Positions 48,279 to 57,840 of a stretch of DNA of 61,765 nt are shown here, one piece after another; the stretch's first letter is position 1, and each line of letters begins with the position of its first letter. The notes below the pieces were generated by a model, which saw only the letters and a program-made list of their open reading frames with translations, was not told where the DNA came from and made no database searches. Location of the stretch: positions 1 to 61,765 of the forward strand of contig JBNJHN010000005.1 in assembly GCA_051748565.1 (NCBI GenBank), given 5' to 3'. A program made the translations under genes and the position numbers. The stretch comes from Bacillota bacterium (GTDB lineage: Bacteria; Bacillota; Dethiobacteria; DTU022).

Positions 48279-50009
48279 ATGGCTGAATTTGCAGTTAGCC
48301 GCGCAACCGTGAGGAAGAGACTGATTTTTGTTTTTATCTTCACATTACTCATTACTTTAATGCTTATCAGTAGGCTGGCCTGGATCCAGATCGTGCGTGC
48401 CGATGAATTGTACGAACAGGCCTGGAACCAGTGGAATTATAACATTCCCGTTAATCCTGCCCGCGGCTCAATTTTTGATCGGCAGGGCAGGTTGCTTGCC
48501 GGCAGCACCTCTGCCCATACGGTTGCCGCCATTCCCGCCCAGTTGGAAGATCCGCAGGCAGTGGCAGCAGCCCTGGCTCCGGTTTTAGAAATGGATACCT
48601 GGAAGATTTATGATCTGATTTCCCTGGATCGCAGTGCGGTTTATATCAAGCGCAAAGTTGATCCCCGGGTATCTGAGGCGGTTCGAGAGATGAATATACC
48701 GGGAATAATTTTTTTCAACGAAGAGAAACGCTATTATCCGGGCGGCAACCTGGCTTCCCAATTGCTCGGTTTTGTCGGCATGGACCAGGGATGGGCCGGC
48801 CTGGAAGTTCAATATGAAGAATACCTCAGCGGTCGTCAGGGAAGCCTGCTTTATCCAGCGGATGGACGCGGAAGGCAGTTGCCGCATGATATTACCCGCT
48901 ATGTTTCGCCACAACAGGGGTTTGACCTTTACCTGGCTGTAGATGAAACCATACAGCATATTGTTGAGAAGGAGCTCAACCGGGTTATGAATGAACTTGC
49001 TCCAAAACAGGCAATTGCTTTAGCAGTGGATCCGGTCACGGGTGCGGTCCTTGCCGCGGCAGCAAAACCCGGTTATAACCCGGAGACTTATGAAAGCTAT
49101 GATCCTGACAGCTGGAACCTGGCACCGTTTACATCTTCTTTTGAGCCCGGTTCAACTTTTAAAATGGTTACTTTGGCGGCTGTGGTTGAAGAAGGGTTGT
49201 TTAATCCTGATGAGTACTATCACTGCCCGGGTCACACAACTATAAACGGTACCCGCATAAACTGCTGGACCGCTGCTCGAGGCGGACATGGAGATATAAG
49301 TTTTTTTGATTCGGTAGGTGCTTCCTGCAACACCGTTTTTATCGAACTGGGAAGTCGACTGGGAAAAGAGAAATTGTTTCAATACATAGAGGCTTTCGGG
49401 TTTGCTTTGCCGACGGGAATAGATTATCCCGGGGAAGGCAGCGGTATGATTTTCAATCCCGACGCTATAGGTCCCGTTGAGTTGGCAACCACCACTTTCG
49501 GGCAGGGTATTTCAGTCACACCGATCCAGCAGGTAATGGCCGTCACCGCTATGGTTAACGGAGGATACCTCTACAAACCATATCTTGTTGAAGAAATCCG
49601 TGACCAGGACGGCAAGATTATTTTTAAAAGAGAACCTGAACTGGTGAGGCAGGTTATATCGGGCACCACATCAGCCAAACTGGTCGAAATGATGGAAAGT
49701 GTTATCCTCAGCGGTACCGGATATGCAGCTGCCGTTGAAGGATATAGAGTAGCCGGCAAAACGGGAACTGCAGAAAAAATCGATGCAGACGGTAGTTACA
49801 GCCAAAATGATTATATTTATTCACTGGTTGGATTTGCACCGATAGAAGAACCCCGTGTAGTTCTCTATGTGGCGGTTGACGGGGTGACCAGGGGTCCGCG
49901 CCTGGGAGTGCATACAAGTGCCCCGCTGTTTAAGAGAATTATGGAAGATGCTTTAAATTACCTGAAAGTAGCACCGACAGGGAAACCGTCTGCCGAAGGC
50001 GATAATTGA
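48279..50009 (+). CDS. class B penicillin-binding protein (FtsI/SpoVD-like), no PASTA domains
   Basis: RGSIFDR, KRYYP, EPGSTFK (SxxK), SCN (SxN), GKTGTA; ends right after the transpeptidase domain. Confidence 0.92.
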   Translation: MAEFAVSRATVRKRLIFVFIFTLLITLMLISRLAWIQIVRADELYEQAWNQWNYNIPVNPARGSIFDRQGRLLAGSTSAHTVAAIPAQLEDPQAVAAALAPVLEMDTWKIYDLISLDRSAVYIKRKVDPRVSEAVREMNIPGIIFFNEEKRYYPGGNLASQLLGFVGMDQGWAGLEVQYEEYLSGRQGSLLYPADGRGRQLPHDITRYVSPQQGFDLYLAVDETIQHIVEKELNRVMNELAPKQAIALAVDPVTGAVLAAAAKPGYNPETYESYDPDSWNLAPFTSSFEPGSTFKMVTLAAVVEEGLFNPDEYYHCPGHTTINGTRINCWTAARGGHGDISFFDSVGASCNTVFIELGSRLGKEKLFQYIEAFGFALPTGIDYPGEGSGMIFNPDAIGPVELATTTFGQGISVTPIQQVMAVTAMVNGGYLYKPYLVEEIRDQDGKIIFKREPELVRQVISGTTSAKLVEMMESVILSGTGYAAAVEGYRVAGKTGTAEKIDADGSYSQNDYIYSLVGFAPIEEPRVVLYVAVDGVTRGPRLGVHTSAPLFKRIMEDALNYLKVAPTGKPSAEGDN

Positions 50010-50060
50010 TAATCAGGAATAAAAACCGGCCGGAGACTTTTAACGAAGGGAGATTGCAGC

Positions 50061-51452
50061 TTGAGATTGAAAGGGAGCGAAATTATCGAAGCCTGCAGGG
50101 GCAAACTGCTTCAGGGTAATCCTGAACAGTTTTTGTCCGGCTTTGCCATAGACTCCCGGCAGATCCGGGCGGGGGACTTTTTTGTTCCACTTCCGGGTGA
50201 ACGCACCGACGGTCATCTTTTTATAGCTGCAGCCGCAGCGGCAGGTGCTGACGGTGCTTTCCATGAACTGGCCAAGGCACCGGATCCGGAAATACCACCC
50301 GGTTTCCTTTTGATCGGGATTAATGATCCACTAACTGCTTTACAGCAGCTTGCCTCTGTATACCGGGAGAAATTCGATCTTCCGGTAATCGGCATAACAG
50401 GAAGCAGTGGAAAAACTACGACCAAGGATTTCACGGCAGGTGTTCTGTCGGCAAAATATGAGGTATTGAAAACTACCGGCAACCTGAACAATGAAATTGG
50501 GCTGCCGCTGACCATATTAAAACTTGAAGAAAATCACCAGGTTGCTGTGCTCGAAATGGGTATGAGTGCAGGTGGTGAAATAACAACCCTTTGCAATATT
50601 GCAAAACCCTCAATCGGTATTATTACAAATATCGGTGAAGCTCATATTGAGCTGCTCGGTTCAATCGAGGCTATTGCAGAAGCGAAGGGAGAATTACTGG
50701 ATTACCTCGGCTCAGGCGGGGTAGCCGTTCTTAACGGTGATGATCCCCGCCTCCTTGAAATCAGAAAACGCTACCCGGGGAAAGCATATTACTACGGCTT
50801 TAACCAGGGCGATATAAAAGGCTTAAAGTTGTCTCTAAGGGGAGAAAAAAGCTTTTTCCGGGTGCGTTTTCCTGATAAATCAGAGGGCTGGTTTGAATCA
50901 CCTCTACCGGGACGGGAGTCGGCCGGAAATGCCCTGGCGGCTCTTACCGTCGGTTATATCCTTGGGCTGACCCTGCAGCAAATGACAGAAGGGCTTGCGA
51001 AAAGCGAAGTAACATCAGGGAGGCTCCAGGTTTTGCATAATAAAAAAGGAACGGGGATTATTGACGATACCTACAATGCTAATCCCAGTTCAGTGAGGGC
51101 AGCTTTAAAGGTGCTTGCTGAATTGGGTGGGGCCAAAACAGTTGCAGTCCTGGGCGACATGCTCGAACTTGGCCATGCTGCTGCAGAAGCACATTTATCT
51201 ATCGGGCGCTACACTGCTGAATGCGGTATCAGTTATCTGGTGACCGTAGGAGAATTTGCCCGTACTATTGCTGATGGGGCATCCGGCAGTGGTATGTTCG
51301 TTCATGCCTGCACTGACCATGATCAAGCCCTGGATTTTCTGAGAAGCTTGCCGCTGGATAAAAACTGGTATGTGCTTGTAAAAGGTTCCAGGGGCATGCA
51401 AATGGAAAAAATTGTCCATTCTTTAATCAGCAGGGAAGGAGAAGGGGGATAA
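50061..51452 (+). CDS. murF: UDP-MurNAc-tripeptide--D-Ala-D-Ala ligase
   Basis: IDSR, DGHLF, ITGSSGKTTTK, NNEIGLP, EMGM, DTYNANP, GDMLELG, KGSRG. Confidence 0.95.
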   Translation: MRLKGSEIIEACRGKLLQGNPEQFLSGFAIDSRQIRAGDFFVPLPGERTDGHLFIAAAAAAGADGAFHELAKAPDPEIPPGFLLIGINDPLTALQQLASVYREKFDLPVIGITGSSGKTTTKDFTAGVLSAKYEVLKTTGNLNNEIGLPLTILKLEENHQVAVLEMGMSAGGEITTLCNIAKPSIGIITNIGEAHIELLGSIEAIAEAKGELLDYLGSGGVAVLNGDDPRLLEIRKRYPGKAYYYGFNQGDIKGLKLSLRGEKSFFRVRFPDKSEGWFESPLPGRESAGNALAALTVGYILGLTLQQMTEGLAKSEVTSGRLQVLHNKKGTGIIDDTYNANPSSVRAALKVLAELGGAKTVAVLGDMLELGHAAAEAHLSIGRYTAECGISYLVTVGEFARTIADGASGSGMFVHACTDHDQALDFLRSLPLDKNWYVLVKGSRGMQMEKIVHSLISREGEGG

Positions 51453-52411
51453 TGGCTGTTCAGATTACAATCACTTTAATTTTAACATTTCTGATTACCC
51501 TTATTTCCTACCCTCTATTTATCAACCGCATGAGACTCCTGCAGTATGGGCAACAGATAAGGGAAGATGGGCCGGCCCGCCACGCAGGCAAAGCCGGCAC
51601 ACCGACCATGGGGGGAGTAATAATCCTTATGGCGGCAGCGTTAATCAGCATAATAATGACCGGCAGGTCTCCGCTACTTTACCTTTTGCTTCTGATTACT
51701 CTAGGCTGCGGTTTGATCGGTTTCCTTGATGATTATTTTAAAATAGCCCGCAGCCATTCGCTGGGTCTGAAGGCCAGGACAAAACTGGCCGGAGAATTTA
51801 TACTTGTCTTGTTATTTATTCTGTCGGCCCGGTTCATGGGACTCTACTCTTCAGAATTAATCCTGCCTTTTTTTAACCTGGTTATCGATCTGGGAATCTT
51901 ATACCCGGTATTTGTTTTCCTGATGATAAGCGGTTTCAGCAACAGTGTTAACCTGACCGATGGAGTTGACGGTCTGGCTGCCGGGACTTCCGTTATATCC
52001 CTGGTGGCCTTGATTGTTATAGCTGTTATGGCAGGGTTTCCTGAAGCAGCGATATTATCTGCGGCCCTGGCCGGAGCATGTCTCGGGTTCCTGGTGTTTA
52101 ACCGGCATCCGGCCCGTTTATTTATGGGCGACGTAGGATCTCTGGCCCTGGGAGGTACATTTGCCGCCCTGGCCGTGGTAACCAAGGCGGAGCTTTTCTT
52201 TGTCATAATCGGGGGTATATTTGTTCTGGAAGCATTTTCAGTTATTATCCAGGTTGCCAGTTTTCGACTGACCGGCAGGCGGGTTCTGTTGATGAGCCCT
52301 CTGCACCATCATTTTGAACTAAAAGGGTGGTCGGAGTGGAGAGTCGTTACAGCTTTCTGGAGCGGTTCACTGTTTTTCGCTTTGGTCGGAGTCTTTGCAT
52401 ACAGCCGGTAG
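51452..52411 (+). CDS. mraY: phospho-N-acetylmuramoyl-pentapeptide transferase
   Basis: KAGTPTMGG, GFLDDY, NSVNLTDGVDGL, FMGDVGS, PLHHHFE. Confidence 0.96.
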   Translation: MAVQITITLILTFLITLISYPLFINRMRLLQYGQQIREDGPARHAGKAGTPTMGGVIILMAAALISIIMTGRSPLLYLLLLITLGCGLIGFLDDYFKIARSHSLGLKARTKLAGEFILVLLFILSARFMGLYSSELILPFFNLVIDLGILYPVFVFLMISGFSNSVNLTDGVDGLAAGTSVISLVALIVIAVMAGFPEAAILSAALAGACLGFLVFNRHPARLFMGDVGSLALGGTFAALAVVTKAELFFVIIGGIFVLEAFSVIIQVASFRLTGRRVLLMSPLHHHFELKGWSEWRVVTAFWSGSLFFALVGVFAYSR

Positions 52412-52438
52412 ACTCTGAAATAGGTTAGGAGGAGATTA

Positions 52439-53851
52439 GTGATCAACCTGATTAAGGGCAAAGAGATCCTGGTTGTCGGAATGGCCCGCAGCGGCATGGC
52501 AGCGGTAGAGCTGTTGAGCAAGACCGGTGCGGCAAAAATAACGGTAACCGATCAAAAACAACCGGGCGAACTGAAAGAGGAGCTGGCCAGGCTGGAGGGC
52601 TATCCGACTGTAAAGCCGGTAACCGGTGGAAACCCCGCTGAGCTGGTTACACCTGACCTTTCGATGATCATCAAAAGCCCGGGTGTGCCTCCTTCGCTTC
52701 AGATATTCAAAAAGGCTGAAGAATTTCACATACCTGTTCTGTCGGAAATAGAACTTGCCTATGCTTTTATTAAGGCTCCCCTGATTGGGGTAACCGGAAC
52801 AAATGGGAAAACCACTGTGACTGCCCTGATCACTGCAATGCTTAAAGAAGCGCGTATGGAACCGGTTGTTTCCGCCGGCAATATAGGTAATCCCCTGGCC
52901 GGAATAATCGACAAGATCAGTGCCCAGGGTGCAGTTGTTGCCGAATTAAGCAGCTTTCAACTTGAAAACATTCTTTACTTTCGCCCGGCAGTGGCTGTAT
53001 TTCTCAATTTTGCCGAGGATCATATCGATTACCACGGCAGTATTGATAAATATTTCCATGCCAAGGCGCGTATTTTTGAGAACCAGGGCGAAGGAGATTT
53101 TGCGGTGCTTAATGCCGGTGACCGGGCTGTAGCATCACTGAAGGAAAAATGCAGGGGCAGGGTTCTCTGGTTTGACCGGGCTGTCGTATCTGCCGGGGTC
53201 GGCCTGGAAGATGGCTGGGTTAAAATTTTTAACCCAAAATGGGCACCTGTTAAAATTTGCCCCAGGACTGAAATAGTTCTGCCCGGGGAACACAACCTTG
53301 AAAATGTTCTTGCCGCTGCAGCTGCAGCCTGGGCTGCCGGTGCCGACCCGGAATCAATTGGTAATGTTTTGCGCAGGTTTCGGGCCATTGAACACCGGCT
53401 TGAACATGTAACTGTTTTGGGTGGTGTTGATTACATTAATGATTCAAAGGGAACCAATCCCGGGGCTACAATAAAAGCTCTGCAGTCTTTTCCAGGCCGT
53501 CATAAGATCCTGATAGCCGGGGGCAAAGATAAGGGAAGCGACTTTACCGGGCTGGCCGGGGTGATCCGGGATCATGTCCGTTTGCTGCTCTTGTTTGGCG
53601 AAACGAAGGAACAGATTGCGCGGGCAGCAGAAAAGGCCGGGTTTACAGCTTATAGAATAGTTGCCGATCTCGGAGATGCTGTTCAAAATGCTTACAGAGA
53701 AGCCCGCGAAGGTGATATTGTGCTTCTATCTCCGGCCTGTGCCAGCTGGGATATGTTCAGCGATTATGAAGCACGGGGCAACCAGTTTAAAGAATTGGTT
53801 AAGGCACTCTCTGATCTTGAAAAAGGTAAAGGAGGCAGGCATGGTGGCTAA
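52439..53851 (+). CDS. murD: UDP-MurNAc-L-Ala--D-Glu ligase
   Basis: GMARSG, KSPGVP, TGTNGKTT, AGNIG, ELSSFQL, EHRLE, NDSKGTN, LSPACASWD. Confidence 0.96.
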   Translation: MINLIKGKEILVVGMARSGMAAVELLSKTGAAKITVTDQKQPGELKEELARLEGYPTVKPVTGGNPAELVTPDLSMIIKSPGVPPSLQIFKKAEEFHIPVLSEIELAYAFIKAPLIGVTGTNGKTTVTALITAMLKEARMEPVVSAGNIGNPLAGIIDKISAQGAVVAELSSFQLENILYFRPAVAVFLNFAEDHIDYHGSIDKYFHAKARIFENQGEGDFAVLNAGDRAVASLKEKCRGRVLWFDRAVVSAGVGLEDGWVKIFNPKWAPVKICPRTEIVLPGEHNLENVLAAAAAAWAAGADPESIGNVLRRFRAIEHRLEHVTVLGGVDYINDSKGTNPGATIKALQSFPGRHKILIAGGKDKGSDFTGLAGVIRDHVRLLLLFGETKEQIARAAEKAGFTAYRIVADLGDAVQNAYREAREGDIVLLSPACASWDMFSDYEARGNQFKELVKALSDLEKGKGGRHGG

Positions 53852-54974
53852 AAACAATCCGGCCCGTGAATATGACCGCACCCTGCTGCTGGTTACCTTT
53901 CTGCTCCTTGCGATAGGGTTAGTAATGGTTTTCAGTGCCAGCTTTGTCTCTGCTGAAGAGAGCCATGGAGATCCCTATTATTTCCTGAAACGTCAGGCCC
54001 TTTGGGTGGCAATTGGTCTGCTGGCCATGTTTTGCCTGTCCCGCCTGCACTATAAAAAGTTAAAACGCCTATCATTGCTCATTCTAATGATTAACTTTGT
54101 TTTTCTCGTGATGGTCTTTACCGGTTTCGGTTCTGGCCTGGGCACAGAAGCCAGGCGCTGGTTGGTTTTTGGCCCGGTAATTCTTCAGCCATCAGAATTC
54201 AGTAAATTGGCTTTTGTCATTTTTACCGCAGCGTATATGAGCAGTCGCAGGCTGAATGTAAGAAACTTCTGGGCAGCCGTATTCATACCGCTTACCATGG
54301 TCGGAATTGCTTTCTTCCTGATCCAGTATCAACCGGATCTTGGCACGGCCCTGGTCGTCGTTGCCGCCAGTGCTCTGGTTATATTTCTGGCCGGTGCACC
54401 GGTCCAGCAGTTTGCGGGGCTTTCGTTATTTACAATGCCGGTTTTTGCTTACTTCACTTTTAAACAGGATTATCGGGTTCAGAGGCTCTTTACATATTTT
54501 GATCCATGGGCTGATTCCAGCGGTTACGGCTACCAGATCATCCAGTCCCTTTATGCTCTCGGGCCGGGCCATATATTTGGAGCCGGACTGGGTCGAAGCA
54601 GGCAAAAACTATTTTATCTCCCCGAACCGCAAAATGATTTTATATTTGCAATTATTGGCGAGGAGCTTGGCTTTATTGGGGCTGTCACTGTGATACTGCT
54701 TTACCTGATTTTTGTTTGGCGCGGTTTTCAGATTGCCCAAAAGGCCCCGGATCTTTTCGGCAGTCTGCTGGCAGGTGGTATCACTTTCGCTATCGCCACG
54801 CAGGTTATTATTAACATTGCAGTGGTTACCGGTTCACTGCCGGTTACCGGTATCAACCTGCCCCTGATCAGCGCAGGTGGCAGTTCGGTATTTTTCACCC
54901 TGATCAGCATTGGTATTTTACTTAACATATCAAGGCATGGAAGAAACACGAGCCAATCAAAAGGGAGAGCCTAA
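53841..54974 (+). CDS. ftsW: SEDS peptidoglycan polymerase FtsW/SpoVE
   Basis: GLVMVFSAS, ARRW, QPSEFSK, QPDLGT, GYQIIQS, LPEPQNDFIFA..EELG, PVTGINLPLISAGGSS; start moved to ATG 53841 (SD AAGGAGG). Confidence 0.93.
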   Translation: MVAKNNPAREYDRTLLLVTFLLLAIGLVMVFSASFVSAEESHGDPYYFLKRQALWVAIGLLAMFCLSRLHYKKLKRLSLLILMINFVFLVMVFTGFGSGLGTEARRWLVFGPVILQPSEFSKLAFVIFTAAYMSSRRLNVRNFWAAVFIPLTMVGIAFFLIQYQPDLGTALVVVAASALVIFLAGAPVQQFAGLSLFTMPVFAYFTFKQDYRVQRLFTYFDPWADSSGYGYQIIQSLYALGPGHIFGAGLGRSRQKLFYLPEPQNDFIFAIIGEELGFIGAVTVILLYLIFVWRGFQIAQKAPDLFGSLLAGGITFAIATQVIINIAVVTGSLPVTGINLPLISAGGSSVFFTLISIGILLNISRHGRNTSQSKGRA

Positions 54975-54977
54975 CCA

Positions 54978-56066
54978 GTGAAAATACTTATCGGTGCAGG
55001 AGGAACAGGCGGTCATATTTACCCGGCCCTGGCTCTGGCCCGCTACGCCCGGGCTAAAGACAGTAGTAATGAAATACTTTTTGTCGGCAGTTCAAATGGT
55101 CTTGAAAGCAAAATTGTTCCTTCCGCGGGATTTTCACTGGAAATAATACCGGTTCGGGGTTTCCAACGCAACTTCAGGCAATTTGGCTCTTTTATCAGGG
55201 ATCTTTTCAGGGGCCTGCGTCAGGCAGCCAGGATAATCAATGAATACCGGCCCAATGTGGTTCTCGGAACAGGGGGTTATGTGTCCGCTCCCCTGGTTAT
55301 TTCAGCCCTGCTTAAGCAGCGGCCCGTAGTTATTCACGAACAGAATGCATTGCCCGGTATGGCTAACCGCAGGCTGGCCCCTTTCGTCAGGAGGGTCTGC
55401 ATATCTTTTTCCGAAACCGGAAAAAGAATGCCTCGCTCCAGCAAAATTGTTTTTACCGGTAATCCGAGAGCCTCCGAAGTTTCTGCCCTGAGCAGAGAAG
55501 AGGGCTGTCATTATTTCGGGCTTGACCCCCGGAATAAGACTGTTCTCATCTATGGAGGAAGCAGGGGCGCATTGAAATTAAACCAGGTTGTTACCGCATA
55601 CCTGAAGGCAAAACTTTTACCGGAGAATGTAAACCTGATTTATGTTACCGGGGATATTTATTATGAAGAGGTATCCGGAGAACTGGGCCCGCTTCCTGAA
55701 AGGATCAGGCTTTTTCCTTACCTGAAAGAAATGCTGCAGGCCCTTGCAGCGGCAGACCTGGCGGTAACAAGAAGCGGGGCGACTACACTGGCCGAAATAA
55801 CGGCTCTCGGTATACCTGCCCTGCTAATTCCATCGCCGAACGTTGTTGACAACCATCAGTATTATAATGCCCGGCTGTTGTCTGATGCAGGCGCGGCTGT
55901 GCTGATAGAAGAGAAGGACTTTGATGATAAACGCCTGCAGCATGAGATCGATGACCTGATCATAAAGCCGGCCCTGTTGGAGAAAATGAGCAGAAACAGC
56001 AGGCGAATGGGTGTGACCGATGCAGCGGAGAGGCTCTATAAATGCATTTTGGAGGTAGCTTCATGA
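54978..56066 (+). CDS. murG: undecaprenyl-PP-MurNAc-pentapeptide GlcNAc transferase
   Basis: GGTGGHIYP, GTGGYVS, HEQNALPG, TGNP, GGSRGA, RSGATT, HQYYNA. Confidence 0.96.
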   Translation: MKILIGAGGTGGHIYPALALARYARAKDSSNEILFVGSSNGLESKIVPSAGFSLEIIPVRGFQRNFRQFGSFIRDLFRGLRQAARIINEYRPNVVLGTGGYVSAPLVISALLKQRPVVIHEQNALPGMANRRLAPFVRRVCISFSETGKRMPRSSKIVFTGNPRASEVSALSREEGCHYFGLDPRNKTVLIYGGSRGALKLNQVVTAYLKAKLLPENVNLIYVTGDIYYEEVSGELGPLPERIRLFPYLKEMLQALAAADLAVTRSGATTLAEITALGIPALLIPSPNVVDNHQYYNARLLSDAGAAVLIEEKDFDDKRLQHEIDDLIIKPALLEKMSRNSRRMGVTDAAERLYKCILEVAS

Positions 56067-56962
56067 ATATCGAGCAGGAATTGGGGTCAAAACTAAAATC
56101 GGGTGTCAAAATAAATGAACCGATGTCAAATCACACTTCCTGGCAGGTAGGCGGTCCGGCCGATTATTATGTCTGCCCGGCTGATCAATCCGAATTAATA
56201 GAGATTGTCCGCTTCAGCAGGAAGCATGAACTGCCTCTCTTTATTCTTGGGAACGGGACTAACCTGCTTGTCCTTGATGGTGGTATCAGGGGTATGGTTG
56301 TTAATATTGGCGAGGCTTTCAGCAATATTACCCGTTACGATAACAGCCTTGTGGCAGGATCCGGCACTTCGATGACTATTTTGGCCAATGTTGCTGCCGA
56401 ACAGGGTCTGGTCGGATTGGAGTTTGCTGTCGGCATTCCCGGTTCACTGGGCGGCGCGGTGATCATGAATGCAGGGGCTTTCGGGCTTCACATCGGTGAT
56501 AAGATTCACTCGGTTAAGCTGATTACAATGGAAGGTCTAGAGGTTACCAGGGGTATTGATGACCTTTCATTCGGCTATCGTACCAGTAATTTAATTGGAA
56601 AAGGGATTATTACTGAAGTTACTTTAAAGCTTAAAGAGGGCGATTCTGCCGAATCACTTAAACTGATGGACTACTACTTAAAAGAACGCAGCCGCCGGCA
56701 TCCCAACCTGCCCAGTGCCGGTTCAGTATTTCGTAATCTGACCGGGCAGCCGGCCGGTAAAATAATCGAAGATCTTGGCTGTAAAGGGATGAGAGTCGGA
56801 GGAGCACAGGTATCACCCAAGCATGCTAATTTTATTGTAAATACCGGTGATGCCACAGCAGCCGATATTCTGGCCTTGATTGAAACCGTTCAAAAGATGG
56901 TTAAGGATAATCAGGACATTGATCTTCAACCCGAGGTTAAAATTGTCGGTGAGGAGAGTTAA
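56063..56962 (+). CDS. murB: UDP-N-acetylenolpyruvoylglucosamine reductase
   Basis: HTSWQVGGPA, GNGTNLL, GIPGSLGGAVIMNAGA, FGYRTS, PSAGSVFRN, KHANF; start ATG 56063. Confidence 0.95.
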   Translation: MNIEQELGSKLKSGVKINEPMSNHTSWQVGGPADYYVCPADQSELIEIVRFSRKHELPLFILGNGTNLLVLDGGIRGMVVNIGEAFSNITRYDNSLVAGSGTSMTILANVAAEQGLVGLEFAVGIPGSLGGAVIMNAGAFGLHIGDKIHSVKLITMEGLEVTRGIDDLSFGYRTSNLIGKGIITEVTLKLKEGDSAESLKLMDYYLKERSRRHPNLPSAGSVFRNLTGQPAGKIIEDLGCKGMRVGGAQVSPKHANFIVNTGDATAADILALIETVQKMVKDNQDIDLQPEVKIVGEES

Positions 56963-56965
56963 CCG

Positions 56966-57757
56966 ATGAAAAGGAAAAATGACCACCTGAAGCTGATAAA
57001 CAAGCGTACCGGCCAACCCGGTTGGAAAAGGGGCTTACGCTTTATATTCCGGCTGGCCATAATCGCAGCCTTAATCCTTCTGCTCAGGCTGGGTGATACT
57101 TACTTCAGGATTAATGATATCAGGGTGGAGGGAACTCTTGAGTTGTCCTCCGCAGAAGTAATTGCTGCGACCGGAATCCAAAAAGGAACCAGCATCTTTA
57201 TGCTCAAAGAAAAGGCTATAGCCGGGAGTATTCAAGAAGAGCTGCCCCGGGTTAAAAAGGTAGAACTGACCCGCAGCCTTCCTGATACAGTTATTGTCAA
57301 TATAGATGAACGAATACCGGCCGGGTATGTAATGACAGCTGACGGCTTCTGGCTCATCGATAGTGATGCCGTTTGTTTTGCTTATCTTGTGGAACCTGAT
57401 GATGATTTACCATATATTTCTGGAATAGACAGTAAGCTGGTTATACCGGGCGCTCCATTGGACTGTCGTTTCAGGCAGGAAGCCTTACAAAGCTTTTTTG
57501 CCGCCTGGGGTGGGAGCAGCTGGTTGGAAATAAAGCAGATTGATTTAGCCGACAACTATAACCTGATCATTTATACAACTGAAGAGCTGGAGATATGGTT
57601 GGGCGGGGAGGGAGATATGGAATACAAATTGGAACTGGTTCAACAGAGCATCCCCCATATCACAATTGAAGCCGGCACAAGGCTCGATGTTCGCTCCGGA
57701 AATCGGCTGGTTGTCTCCAGCAGCGCAGTGGTGAAAGAAAAGGAGGTGGAGCCGTAG
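56966..57757 (+). CDS. ftsQ: cell division protein FtsQ/DivIB
   Basis: One TM helix, POTRA domain (FRINDIRVEG...RSLPDTVIVNIDER), C-terminal LDVR; position before ftsA. Confidence 0.85.
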   Translation: MKRKNDHLKLINKRTGQPGWKRGLRFIFRLAIIAALILLLRLGDTYFRINDIRVEGTLELSSAEVIAATGIQKGTSIFMLKEKAIAGSIQEELPRVKKVELTRSLPDTVIVNIDERIPAGYVMTADGFWLIDSDAVCFAYLVEPDDDLPYISGIDSKLVIPGAPLDCRFRQEALQSFFAAWGGSSWLEIKQIDLADNYNLIIYTTEELEIWLGGEGDMEYKLELVQQSIPHITIEAGTRLDVRSGNRLVVSSSAVVKEKEVEP

Positions 57758-57765
57758 TAAAATAA

Positions 57766-57792
57766 AAAGGAAATTGTTGATATGTGTTGAAT
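57766..57792 (+). promoter_or_regulatory. sigma-H-like promoter of ftsAZ
   Basis: AAAGGA-N17-GAAT; B. subtilis ftsAZ has a known sigma-H promoter. Confidence 0.6.
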
Positions 57793-57840
57793 AATTTAGA
57801 AGAACTTGCACCATGTTGGGAAGGGTAAGGGGGTAATTGA

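Noticed and set aside
53661-53840. N-terminal extensions in the ORF track (ftsW; likewise hisD, TetR, mraZ, murB)
   Set aside because: Longest-ORF artefacts; better SD-supported starts lie downstream
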